Positions 1 to 11,365 of a stretch of 64,000 bases of DNA are shown in pieces. The notes beneath the pieces are model-generated. The model was not told where the DNA came from. It did no database searches and was given only the letters and a program-made list of their open reading frames with translations. The position numbers and the translations under genes were made by a program. The stretch is from Tubulanus polymorphus. Lineage: Eukaryota; Animalia; Nemertea. The stretch spans positions 2,931,814 to 2,995,813 of the forward strand of contig NC_134034.1 in NCBI RefSeq assembly GCF_964204645.1. The letters are read 5' to 3'. Within the stretch, counting starts at the first letter, position 1. The number at the start of each line of letters is the position of its first letter.

Positions 1-557
1 TCTCGTTTTTCTAGTCTTGGGCTCATTCAAATTTTCATGATATGGCGAGTTAACCCTTTTCATACGGTTTGCACTTTCTGCGGCCTGGATTGATTCCAGT
101 CCATTTACTAACGATACCAGAGACGATTTCAGTGAAAACCGACGTATGAAATTTACTGAAACGCCGATAAGCCTATTAATGTCTTAAGGAGTTATCTGGG
201 GTTTCATCTTCGCGTGACGCCGCGATTTTAATAAAGTTGAAACCTCTTTCGTTTAAATCGGATTTATTTTTCGAGGATGAAATTTTCACCCCGCGGCCGA
301 TGCTTTGTACGTTTCCCTTCTACGACGAGTGATGATTGAATTAATCAGGAATTAATGAGCTCATTAAGACTTAATCAGTGTGCCTTCGGGGCATTTCGCG
401 CCCTCAGGGTGAATACTACTAGCAAGTGAAGGTCCACCGTGCCGGGGTTCGCTAGTAGTTTATCGGAGTTCGGCGCTTCAATTTCTTCTACATTCAACTT
501 GCTGTAAGACATCGACTTCTGCGGCTTCGGAGGCTTCCATGGGTGAGAGGTTCCGAA

Positions 558-1080
558 CCACCAGGTGTCGCTAGTGTGCAGTAGGACTTGAACTACTGCG
601 GTAATAAGGATTTTACTTGTGGCAATTGAGGATCCACCAGGTTTCGCTAGTGTGCAGTAGGACTTGAACTACTGCGGTAATAAGGATTTAACTTGTGGCA
701 AGTGAGGATCCACCAGGTGTCACTAGTGTGCTGTAGGACATCAACTACTGCGGTAATAAGGATTTAACTTGTGGCGAGTGAGGATCCACCAGGTGTCACT
801 AGTGTGCTGTAGGACATCAACTACTGCGGTAATAAGGATTTAACTTGTGGCAAGTGAGGATCCACCAGGTGTCACTTGTGTGCAGTAGGACATCAAATAC
901 TGCGACAATAGCAGATTCTACTGGTGGCAAGTGAGGATCTACCAGGTGTCACTAGTCTGCAGTAGGACTAGTGCGACAATAACAGATTCTACTTGTGGCA
1001 AGTGAGGATCTACCAGGTGTCGCCGTAAGACCTAAACTACTGGTGCAATAGAGGATTCCAGTAGTGGCAAGTGAGGATGG
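558..1080. repeat. 76-bp tandem minisatellite (about 7 units), dispersed family
   Basis: Unit GATCCACCAGGTGTCGCTAGTGTGCAGTAGGACATCAACTACTGCGG..ACTTGTGGCAAGTGAG. Further arrays or fragments at ~12620-12880, 14028-14085, 20935-21331, 30770-31020, 31950-32230, 35960-36230, 44248-44345. Confidence 0.9.
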
Positions 1081-2127
1081 CCCATCCTTGACAATGGATA
1101 AAATGCCAACCTGTATCGAGGCGTGTATCGAGTAAACCATCGCTAATTAAAGAGACTCGCAGCTAATTATACCGACTGCGTGGGGGTCATGGCAGGCATT
1201 GTCACGAGCAAAACTTATATCCGGTGTACATCAGGGTGATAATGCGTGCGCGCGTTGATGAAATGAATTATCAGCAAACAACAGGAAATGACCCCTCCCC
1301 TTCCTGAATATATACTAATGGCAAACTAACTCCAGTCGAGCCACCTGACTACTAGTGATACTAACTAGCTTTCTCTTCTAGCAGATGAACTAGCTGGATG
1401 TTCGAAAATCTGACTGACTACATGAAACGTTCGTCGATGGATATTCGATACGGCATTCGATACCATTTGGTCAAGAGTTTTAAGATCGGTTATAGAACCG
1501 AAACGTGTTCGGACTGGTTTTATGAAGTTGTCAGATCGGTTATACAACCAAAATTAGGTCAGGCCGGTATCGACGTGAATATTCGTCAGACCGAGTTCAG
1601 AATCAGTCGCGTTTTAACGCAAGAAAGTGACGCAGGATCATCGGTCTAATTGTCCGTTAAAAATCGATCACAGCCACTTGAACGAACCTTGCTTAAGGGT
1701 GAAACTAAGAGTTTTGAAAGTCGTTTAAACTCCTTCTATATTATTCTTCCGACCGAGTTCATCGTATATGCTTAAAATCAGTCGCGTTTAAAATGCGAGA
1801 AAGTTACGCAGTATCCTCGGTTCAAAATCATTCATAGCCACGTGAAGAAACCATGTTTTGGCCAATTTTGGATAAAACTACTGAGATATTAGGAAGACTT
1901 GCATATATCAAAGCCAGCCAACTCTCCCTTCCACCTAAGGGCGGTGCACCTGCCTGATTGCCTTTTCCATATCTCCTAATGGCCTTAATTTCAACTAATA
2001 ACCACTGGCGTTCTTAGGATGATATAATTACGTACAAGTTATTTGATACTTTTGATTCTTCCGAGTTAAACTTCCTTCATTCGAGATGGATCAATCTGGT
2101 CGCAGTTTGACAGTGTATTTACATGTC

Positions 2128-2432
2128 AGACTCTGACTCAAGGGTCTTAAGATTGGTTGTAGAACCAAAATGAACTTAGACTGGTCTAAAGTTGTTAGAT
2201 CGGTTATAAAACCAAAATGAGCTTAGACCGGTCTGATGTTTTTTTTTTTAAATATTAATTTTTTAATTCCCTCAACCCACTGAGCGCCAGAGAAGGGCAT
2301 TCATTAGCGGGGTTCAATGTATCTTTTCCCGAATAGGGGAGAGACCAGAGAAGAACCTTAGACCAAGGTCTTAAGTTGTAAGATCGGTTATGGAACCAAA
2401 ACGAGCTCAGATCCGTCTTAAGTTTTAAGATA
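2128..2432. repeat. Dispersed repeat GGTCTTAAGTTGTAAGATCGGTTATAGAACCAAAATGAGCTTAGAC (also ~1465-1570, ~56435-56720)
   Basis: Recurrent ~50-bp motif in loose tandem copies. Confidence 0.65.
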
Positions 2433-3371
2433 CTCGATTGAAATTAAGTCATTCTCGGTTAGGTCTAGTTATAATAGTAATAATGGTAATGAATTCAAAT
2501 TTCCATATAGAGCGCGCTATTTAAGAAAAAACTCGTGTCACGGTATTCGACATTATCGATATTCGAATTTGATCGATAGCTAGTGAAAGGAAAACGGTTT
2601 TAACTCGACGTTTTGAGACTAGGTTTGAAAATGTAATCGGCCGAGCGAAAGGAATTCGGCGGGCGAGCGTCATGTAGATCTAAAGACGTCTTGTGACGAT
2701 GATTTCTGAACGTTGCGAAAGGGTCTTAACGTTGCAAGAGATATATAATTACGTGAAATGAAACTCGCTAATACTACTCATCTGGCCCGTAAAAGGACAC
2801 CCCGGATAATTTCTGCTAATAATCGGTTATAATTATCACCGAGGCTAAAAGCCTTCTAAGTTAAAGGGTGTTAGTGGTCAGAGGTATTAACCCTCGCGAA
2901 CAAAGAAAGGCGTGTGCCGCGTGCGTGTGCCCCTCTGAGAGGAACACCTGTATTTGTTATCGACATATCTAACTGACTATTGTCACTAGAAGTCCACCCC
3001 TTCTATTGTTATGGCGTGGACTGGCGCAGTGTTATTAGCGGGTGATTAACATCGCCCGAAGGTTCGTCGCGAGTAGGAAATGAGGGAGGGCAGGTTGATG
3101 GCGAACGCGATGATGGATTGTTAAGGTAGATGATAGTCGCGAGGCCGCGATTTGATTACCATTCGTGAGTCACGCGTCGGATGGAACGGGTCTCGATGAT
3201 GGAGAGGGGTCAGTTTCCGTGGAAGTCGGGCGTATTTGATGCGATGTCTTGAAACTAGAAACCGGGGCGTAGGAGATTATTTCGCGATGAATATTGAAGA
3301 GATTGAAGGTACGTGAATTTTGTATGAGATTTCGAAATCAGAACTAGGTTCACACAGTTAGATTATATCCA

Positions 3372-3856
3372 GGTAACTGCGGAACTTGGTCCAGGGTCAA
3401 ATTGAATCCACACGACTGTGGAACTAGATTCAGAGAGTCGAATTAAACCCGCACAACCGTGTGGAAATAGGATACAGAGTCATATTAAACCCACACAACT
3501 GTGGAAACTGGATTCAGAGTCGAATTAAACCTTCACAGCTGCGGAACTCGATCCAGAGTCAAATTAAATCCACACAACTGTGGAACTGGATCCAGAGTCA
3601 AATCAAACCCACACAACTGTGGAACTGGATCCAGAGTCAAATTAAACCCACACAACTGTGGAACTGGATTCAGAGTCAAATTAAACCTATAGAGTGGAAT
3701 ATGGATCCACAGTCAAATTGAACCCACAGGACCGTGGAATATGGATCCACAGTCAAATTAAACCCGCAGAACTGTGGAACTGGATTCAGAGTCAAATTAA
3801 ACCTATAGAGTGGAATATGGATCCACAGTCAAATAGAACCCACAGAGTGGAATATG
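3372..3856. repeat. ~39-bp minisatellite (CAGAGTCAAATTAAACCCACACAACTGTGGAACTGGAT); also 25605-25885 and ~12205-12305
   Basis: Directly visible tandem units. They explain the repetitive ORFs at 3461-3903 and 25682-25882. Confidence 0.9.
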
Positions 3857-4232
3857 TTCTGTCACATTGTAATCTTGTATATGAAGTAGTTACATGTATT
3901 TGACAGATTATTAATTCAAGTGTAGATGGTGTTTGACAGTCAGTACGAGTCCCCTGGGTCGTGGATATTTGCGTTACTCAGTCAGGGGGAAAATTCCGCC
4001 TGCAGAGACGGCACATTTCACAAAGACACCAGCTTCTAATATCTATCACCATGGCGATGACAGTTAACTGACAAGATTTCGAATTTCAAATCCGCATTGT
4101 GTTCGATGGAGACTTTCATTTCAAGCGGGCCCGGAGGCTCATTAGAAAGAACTGCCGTACTGGCGGTATCACATTAGACAGAAAGGTTTTGCATTCCTTT
4201 AGAAACAAGAAGAAAACAAATATGTTCGAAAA

Positions 4233-4748
4233 GTTTCGACTATATCCTAATAGTCATCTTCAGGAATACTGTATTCCTTGAGCTAGTGTAGTTTATTCAA
4301 CGTTTCGACTTTATCCTAATAGTCATCTTCAGGAATACTGTATTCCTTGAGCTAGTGTAGTTTATTCAACGTTTCGACTATATCCTAATAGTCATCTTCA
4401 GGAATACTGTATTCCTTGAGCTAGTGTAGTTTATTCAACGTTTCGACTATATCCTAATGGTTATCTTCAGGAATACTGTATTCCTAGAACTAGTAGTTTA
4501 TTCAACGTTTCGACTATATCCTAATAGTCATCTTCAGGAATACTGTATTCCTTGAGCTAGTGTAGTTTATTCAACGTTTCGACTATATCCTAATAGTCAT
4601 CTTCAGGAATACTGTATTCCTTGAGCTAGTGTAGTTTATTCAACGTTTCGACTATATCCTAATAGTCATCTTCAGGAATACTGTATTCCTTGAGCTAGTG
4701 TAGTTTATTCAACGTTTCGACTATATTCTAATAGTCATCTTCAGGAAT
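4233..4748 (-). ncRNA. Tandem array of 8 minimal type I hammerhead ribozyme motifs (69-bp unit)
   Basis: Minus-strand unit reads TATTC-CTGAAGA-T-GACTAT-TAGGAT-ATAGTC-GAAA-CGTT-GAATA: stem I, CUGANGA box, stem II, GAAA box, palindromic ACGU stem III, GUU site. Cores begin (plus coordinates) at 4233, 4302, 4371, 4440, 4507, 4576, 4645, 4714. Confidence 0.75.
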
Positions 4749-5386
4749 GCTTAAGTTACAACAGAAATTACAAGATATGATAAAACTTCAAGCGTCTATT
4801 TACGCAAATCACTTTTGGTGTTTTGCGTAGTCGGGTCAAAAAAGTACAAGGCTGAAAGAATAAGAATTACTTGTAAAAATGAACTGATAATAGTTTTCAG
4901 TCAAATCAGACATTCTATCGAAAATTTTGACCGAAATTATTATTAACCCGAAAAATTGATTAGTCGAATAGAGGAATTGATTTAGTTTCTTATCGCTTTT
5001 GAATATTTGACTCAAATTTTATCGGTTTCTTGGAATAAAGCGCTGAAATGTGTATCAATTATTTATTCGGAACTATAGAATTCGGTCTAGGGTTCATTGA
5101 ACTCGTTCGTATGGAAATCCGATTTCGTTTTTATCGGTGCCACGGCACTTACGGGCTCGGTGAACGATTTGCCAAACAATTGTAATTAATTATTAACGAC
5201 CTAATTAGCCGTGTTGATGAGAGCGTGCTGGAGAAAGGTCGCGGAGAAAGGTCGCGTAGGTGTCGTGTGTCGATTATTCCATCGATCAACCTTGACATTC
5301 GTATTTATTAATCACAGACGGATTTTGAGTTGATCTGCTGCCCACTGGTAGAACGAACTATTCTTCTTCGATATTCTTTCAATTTG

Positions 5387-6465
5387 TGATCATGCACACT
5401 TCACATGTGTTCAGTGCTTCACCTGAGACATTTTTAATTGAAAATGAACTACAAACACCAGAAATTAGACATTTTATCAGCACACTTTCAAAAACTGATC
5501 GTCCACACTTCACATGTGTTCATTGCTTCACCTGAGACATTTCAAATTGAAAATGAACTAAAAACAGCAGATATTATGCATTTTATCAGCACACTTTCAA
5601 AAACTGATCGTCCACACTTCACATGTGTTCAGTGCTTCACCTGGGACATTTTTAATTGAAAATGAACTACAAACACCAGAAATTAGACATTTTATCAGCA
5701 CACTTTCAAAAACTGATCGTCCACACTTCACATGTGTTCATTGCTTCACCTGAGACATTTCAAATTGAAAATGAACTAAAAACAGCAGATATTATGCATT
5801 TCATCAGCACACTTTCAAAAACTGATCGTCCACACTTCACATGTGTTCAGTGCTTCACCTGGGACATTTTTAATTGAAAATGAACTACAAACACCAGAAA
5901 TTAGACATTTTATCAGCACACTTTCAAAAACTGATCGTCCACACTTCACATGTGTTCAGTGCTTCACCTGGGACATTTTTAATTGAAAATGAACTACAAA
6001 CACCAGAAATTAGACATTTTATCAGCACACTTTCAAAAACTGATCGTCCACACTTCACATGTGTTCAGTGCTTCACCTGGGACATTTTTAATTGAAAATG
6101 AACTACAAACACCAGAAATTAGACATTTTATCAGCACACTTTCAAAAACTGATCGTCCACACTTCACATGTGTTCATTGCTTCACCTGAGACATTTCAAA
6201 TTGAAAATGAACTAAAAACAGCAGATATTATGCATTTCATCAGCACACTTTCAAAAACTGATCGTCCACACTTCACATGTGTTCATAACTTCACCTGAGA
6301 CATTTTTGATTAAAAATGAACTACAAACACCAGACAAACTGATCATCCTCACTTCACATGTGTTCATAACTTCATCAGAGACATCTTTAATTAAAAACGA
6401 ACTACGAACTCCAGATATTACACGATTTATCAGCGCGCTTTCAAAAACTGATCATGTACACTTCA
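5387..6465. repeat. 109-bp tandem satellite (~10 units, two alternating variants)
   Basis: Unit CACACTTCACATGTGTTCA.TGCTTCACCTG.GACATTT..AATTGAAAATGAACTA..TCAGCACACTTTCAAAAACTGATCGTC. Reverse-orientation copies at ~9003-9300, ~23460-23570 and ~58915-59340. Confidence 0.92.
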
Positions 6466-6539
6466 AGAGAATAGCGAATGTGATGCGTGGGTGGGTGGTT
6501 CCGGGCTGTAGTTCGATATCCGCGTGAAATAAAGCGAAT

Positions 6540-6830
6540 TTCATCGTCTCTCGAGCGCCGTTGATGACGTCAGACGCCGCCGAGTTGTCAGCAGGAGCAG
6601 ACGTCACTGAATTCATTACCGACCGACCGAGCGAGCGGTGTATGTAGTATAGACACAGACGACAGTACACACACCGCTGTAGACTCTCTCGCGCTCGACA
6701 TACGTACGTACGACATACAACGAAACCAGTCCCCCGTACATAAAGCCAGCCGTGTTGAGACAGCTTTCGAATCCGAAAACAAGCTGACGTACGCGCTCTC
6801 GAGCGCGCGGCACGCACGTCCCTAGGATTA
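6540..6830 (+). promoter_or_regulatory. CpG-rich putative internal promoter/enhancer with CRE sites
   Basis: Unique CpG-rich patch between repeats. Full CRE TGACGTCA at 6565-6572, GACGTCA at 6600-6606, TGACGT at ~6786 and TATA-like TACATAAA near 6737. Confidence 0.4.
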
Positions 6831-8175
6831 TCACGCCCGGATTAAAATCGAATTCGAAATTCTCGATTCCCGGTCCGAACGGAATTTCATCGCGCGGCAG
6901 ACGGATTTAAAGTCGGGTTATTCCATAACGAGATTCGGGATTCGCGGGATGTACGTTATCGAACGAAGACTGACCGACTGACCGGTCGTTGGTCAACGGG
7001 AAAAAAAATGACCGATTCGTATTTCAGTATGTATCGCGTCCTGTATATATATATATATATATATACACGATGCTAACATATGGTGTCGATTTACGCGTTC
7101 GTGCAATGTCGTTAATCGTTATGTGTTTACGAATTCAATGTCATTGATGTGTAGGCTAGTTAATTAGAGATTTTGATTTATCGCTGACCTCGTTAGTTGT
7201 TTTAATTAATCGATTCGTTTTTGGTCGATTTCGTCTTGATTAGCGTTAGTTCGTTATCTCAATTGCCAGTTTTGATTAGCAACCGATGATTGGAAATTGA
7301 TTCGTTGATATCTTTTAGTAATTAATATTTTCGCTGGTTAACGTTAATTAGTTGATAATGGAAATCGTTAATTCATAATCGGTATAATCCTATTTTTGTA
7401 AACTTAATCAATTAGTCAATCAGTTACTCACCGATTAATCAATTCCATTAATTAGTAATTGAATTTTTAATTGATTTATAATTAATGCGCATTGATTGTA
7501 GATTCATAATTAACATCTAGCGTATCAGCATAAGTAGATAGTAATTGATTTAAAAGTAATTAATCTATTTGTAATGAGTAATTAATTGATTGTTAATTAG
7601 TACCTGGTGAGTTATGAGTTAGTCGATAATCAAATCATAATTATCTAATTATGTTAATCAATAACATAATTTTCAATCACAAACTAGGATTGTTTAAAGC
7701 CTTAAATTTATATATTTCGGATGGTCAGAATGGACAATTTGTTAACCTAACTTCTTGGAAAAAGGTCTCGGAGGTCATATCGTTCATAAGCGATATAGTA
7801 GCCTTGAATGAATGAGTAGTGTGGCTACTCATTCAATCCTTTGATCCCGGATTAGGACGATTGTTGTGGGGAATAGTAATTGTTAGTAGTTAGAGTTGTT
7901 CTTGTTATATTATCTATAGAGTTGACCGATCAGTGACCGCACAATAAGTGTCGGTTAACATTAGGGTATTTAAGTTCCTTCGCACCGACGAATTTGTCGG
8001 ACGGGTCTTTGCGCGAAGAGTACTTTCATTCGGAAATACATATTTTTCGCGAACAGGGATTTAACCTTTCCGACGCAAAGGAGCCTGGATCTACGGTTGA
8101 GAATTGCGTAAACCGGGTTTAGTTCGTTTTTGTCCAGTTCGACGTTTGAGACTTTTAAGATAAGGCTGGGCTTAA

Positions 8176-8457
8176 CCCTTTCAGTGTGTCTACATTGCAG
8201 TGCGGTGTATAAATCAGTGATAGATATCGTTACACGGCGCAGTGTATTGATGTAATTAGTAATTAGTTTTTATCTCTCTTGAAAAATGGCAGCACGTGTC
8301 AAACATAGTGAACTATTAGTAACAAACGATACACCGCACCGCGGTGTAGACGCACTATAGTGGTATTCCCGTTATTCAACACACTAGGGAGGAATCTTCC
8401 AAAATTTTTAGATTATCTCCAGCACTATAGGGTATTGATTAGTCAGCACTGAAAGGG
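8176..8457. mobile_element. Non-autonomous piggyBac-type MITE (282 bp)
   Basis: TTAA|CCCTTTCAGTG ... CACTGAAAGGG|TTAA: terminal inverted repeats starting CCC, flanked by a TTAA duplication. No ORF. Confidence 0.85.
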
Positions 8458-9002
8458 TTAACTCATTTCGGCTTTGGTTCCTGAGTTGTGACACGGAGAT
8501 AGGACCGGTCTCAGCTCTTCTCGGTCCAGTTCAGCAGTTAGAACTTGAAATAAGACCGGGCTAAGCTATTCTGGTTTATTTTCACAATTTCATAACCTTT
8601 TCATAGATAGCGCACAAGAATTTTTCGAGTATATTTCAATTGAGGCACTTGAAGCCACTTCAGTTATGATATTAAGATTAATATTGACTAGGTAAACACA
8701 CGTTTTGTATAGTTTTGTTGCCTAGTCCTAGTTTGGTTTAAAAAAAAACTCGATTTAGTTCAACATGTGTACATAGGCCTCGGGTCTTGCACATCTTGTT
8801 CTTACCGCGCTGGTGGGAAATGATTGCGTTGAAACGTGGGAATTATTTTTCAGAAAAAAGAAGGTATCTTTCATTAGTAACTAACGATGACTCTCTCGTT
8901 GTCAATGACTTGTGCAATTCAGTAAAATTATGATTAGTCACTAATGATGACCTTCTCATTCCCGATGATTTCAACGATTCAGTAAAATTATAATTAGTTG
9001 CT

Positions 9003-9300
9003 AGGTGTTTGTAGTTCAATTGTAAGTTCATCTGAAATGTCTCAGGTGAAGCACTGAACACATGTGAAGTGTGGACGATCAGTTTTTGAAAGTGTGCTGA
9101 TAAAATGTTGAATATCTGGTGTTTGTAGTTCATTTTCAATTAGAAATGTCTCAGTTGAAGCACTGAACACATGTGAAGTGTGGACGATCAGTTTTTGAAA
9201 GTGTGCTGATAAAATTTCTAATGTCACTGGTGTTTGTAGTTCATTTTCAATTAAAAATATCTCTGGTTGAAGTCGTGAACACATGCGAGGAAGTGTGGAC
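9003..9300. repeat. 109-bp satellite family, inverted relative to 5387-6465
   Basis: CAGGTGAAGCACTGAACACATGTGAAGTGTGGACGATCAGTTTTTGAAAGTGTGCTGATAAAA, about 3 units. Confidence 0.88.
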
Positions 9301-9629
9301 GCTCAAAAATAGAAAGAATAGCAATTAAGTATCGAATATCCTATGGGGTAGCGGCTGCAGATTGTATATGAATGATATATGAATGACGGCGAGAAATGCC
9401 CTTCAGACACATCCTCGTAATTAGTATATTAATCAAGCATTTAGCTGTATTTACCCGCGACGAATCAATAAATCAATACGCACGCTATATAAGTCTGTAA
9501 ATGCTATTTGCGTATAAGCTGTATTGATTATCGATATTCGGAGATCAGGTCAATGTTGTAACGCGTACAGGTGAATGAGCCGTGATTGACGGTCCGCGAT
9601 CTGGGGTCAGTAACTCGAAAGTTGGACTT

Positions 9630-9755
9630 ATGTTAAGAGTTAACCAGTGGACTAGTTAAGAGTTAACCAGCGGACTAATGTTAAGAGTTAACCGGCGGAC
9701 TAATGTTAAGAGTTAACCAGTCGACTAATGTTAAGAGTTAACCGGTGGACTAATT
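9630..9755. repeat. 23-25-bp minisatellite, 5 copies
   Basis: GTTAAGAGTTAACC.G.GGACTA(AT) repeated. Confidence 0.85.
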
Positions 9756-9865
9756 CTAAGATTTCTGTCAACGCAATCGTGCCCATTATAAAGAAAAAGT
9801 TAGCTTTAAAAATGTTTTCAAGGGTTCTACGGATGTCACATCTGACCTCGTGGATCCGCCCCTGG

Positions 9866-9874
<9 letters not shown>

Positions 9875-9906
<32 letters not shown>
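9875..9906. repeat. (TA)n microsatellite; others at ~7024-7045 and ~23160-23197; (GA)n at 20021-20071
   Basis: Direct reading. Confidence 0.9.
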
Positions 9907-9910
<4 letters not shown>

Positions 9911-10304
9911 ACAGTATACACGTGAGTGTAGCCTATAGTTTAGAAGCGAACCTACCACAGCTGTGGTGCTACTAAAACTGTAACAATCAATGAACTAGAA
10001 ATACAGATATCCGTGCGCTGTTATTGTTAACATCGAATCATTTTTCGACTAAATGGGGACTGTAAGGACTAATACTACTGGGTTCCGCGTGCAGTAGCTA
10101 GGATGAGAAGTTTCAGATTGAAATTGAGCTAGTGCAAGAGTTCGTAATCAGCAGATCCACGCAGGGCCCAGTCGCGTTGGGTTACAGGTTCTATAGTTTC
10201 AAGTTAAGATTTGATTAGTGTGGAGCTGGGTCTGCCAGGGGCCAGTTGCGTAGTAATAGTTAAGATTTTAGATCAGCCGAAGACCGACTTAGTTTTACAG
10301 CCTT

Positions 10305-10710
10305 ATCCTCCCCGCCAGCAGGGATTCGAACCTGATGGCATCGAGATTGCCACGGCACAAAACCCTGCCACACTAGACCGAGTGCGCAGCTACACCTGAA
10401 GCTTAGATGATGTCATTATTAGTCAATCAGATACACTAGACCGAGTGCGCAGCTACACCTGAAGCTTAGATGATGTCATTATTAGTCAATCAGATATCCC
10501 GTTTTATGATAGCCCGGGTTTTCCGTTTATAGTTCTTCCGCGAAATTTACCTCAGCGATTATACAACGAGCAATCTGATTGGTGATACAAGTTTTCGCGC
10601 GGCAAAGCTGCGCATGACGTACCTGCGCACCCGGTCTAGTGTGGCAGGGGTTCGTGCCGTGGCTGAGTGTAGCGATGTCATCAGGTTCGAATGCCTGCCG
10701 TGGGAGGATG
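10305..10710. mobile_element. Two tRNA-derived SINE heads in inverted (divergent) orientation; partial third copy ~32827-32880
   Basis: 10305-10395 (-) and 10622-10710 (+) both read CTGCGCAC.CGGTCTAGTGTGGCAGGG..TGCCGTGGC..GATG.CATCAGGTTCGAAT.CCTGC, with A-box- and B-box-like motifs. Confidence 0.6.
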
Positions 10711-10973
10711 TTCAGCCTATGATACTACGAGTTAAGACCGGTCTTAAGATTTGAGACCACTTTTCGAGTCATGACCATTCAACTGGGTCCAGGTTCTCCT
10801 CTGAGCCCGGGTTACGAATATTTTCCGGGTCTCGGAGTTCAAACAAATTTCCGCCATTTTTAGGTAGATAGATTTCCCGCGCGGATGGACAGGCGTCCGA
10901 AATAACGATCCGATCGGAAAAACGTGAACCGCTAATCCACGAAACGAAACACTTAGAAAATCGAGGCCAGAAA

Positions 10974-11302
10974 ATGTTGGAAATTTTCAACGAATTTTTA
11001 CAATCGGTCGAAAATACGATCACAGGTGGCGCCGGTAAACAATCGTCGTCGACGCCTTTGAGCAGACGGAATTTACACCGCAGCGTCTCCGAGCCGACGC
11101 AGTGTAACACGATCGGCGTTTCGATCACCAACGCGAACGCCGCCGTCGCCAACAACAACAATAACAATGGCGGCGTGACCGCGGCGAAAACGGAATTCGC
11201 GAAACGGACTCGTCGGCGGTATTCGAGTTTGTCGAAGTCGACGGCGACGCCGCGCCGCTTCAGCAGCAATTGCGAGGACAACTTTGTGCACGTGAAAGAG
11301 TG
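10974..11302 (+). CDS. Putative alternative first coding exon of the IA-2 gene (cytosolic isoform N-terminus)
   Basis: ATG at 10974 opens a ~110-codon frame ending ..VKE-TG|gtatcg. A 63-nt intron 11303-11365 (..ttgcag) restores W-SEEPVV in the correct phase. A candidate acceptor tttttag lies at 10863. Confidence 0.6.
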
Positions 11303-11365
11303 GTATCGGTTCTTTCACGTGAATCCGTGTTCGAAAACTGAAATTATCCGTTTGAATTATTGCAG

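Noticed and set aside
558-1080. 76-bp repeat as a known ribozyme (HDV/hammerhead/twister)
   Set aside because: Hairpins are present but no recognisable catalytic core on either strand.
3461-3903. Repetitive peptide ORFs (QSQIKPTQLWNW..)
   Set aside because: Translation of the 39-bp dispersed minisatellite.
4233-4748. CRISPR array
   Set aside because: Units are identical end to end with no unique spacers, there are no cas genes, and the context is eukaryotic.
5438-6527. Repeated ORFs MKMNYKHQ.. (also 8843-9284, 59008-59265)
   Set aside because: These are translations of the 109-bp satellite in shifting frames, several opening on non-ATG codons, with no splice or protein-family support.
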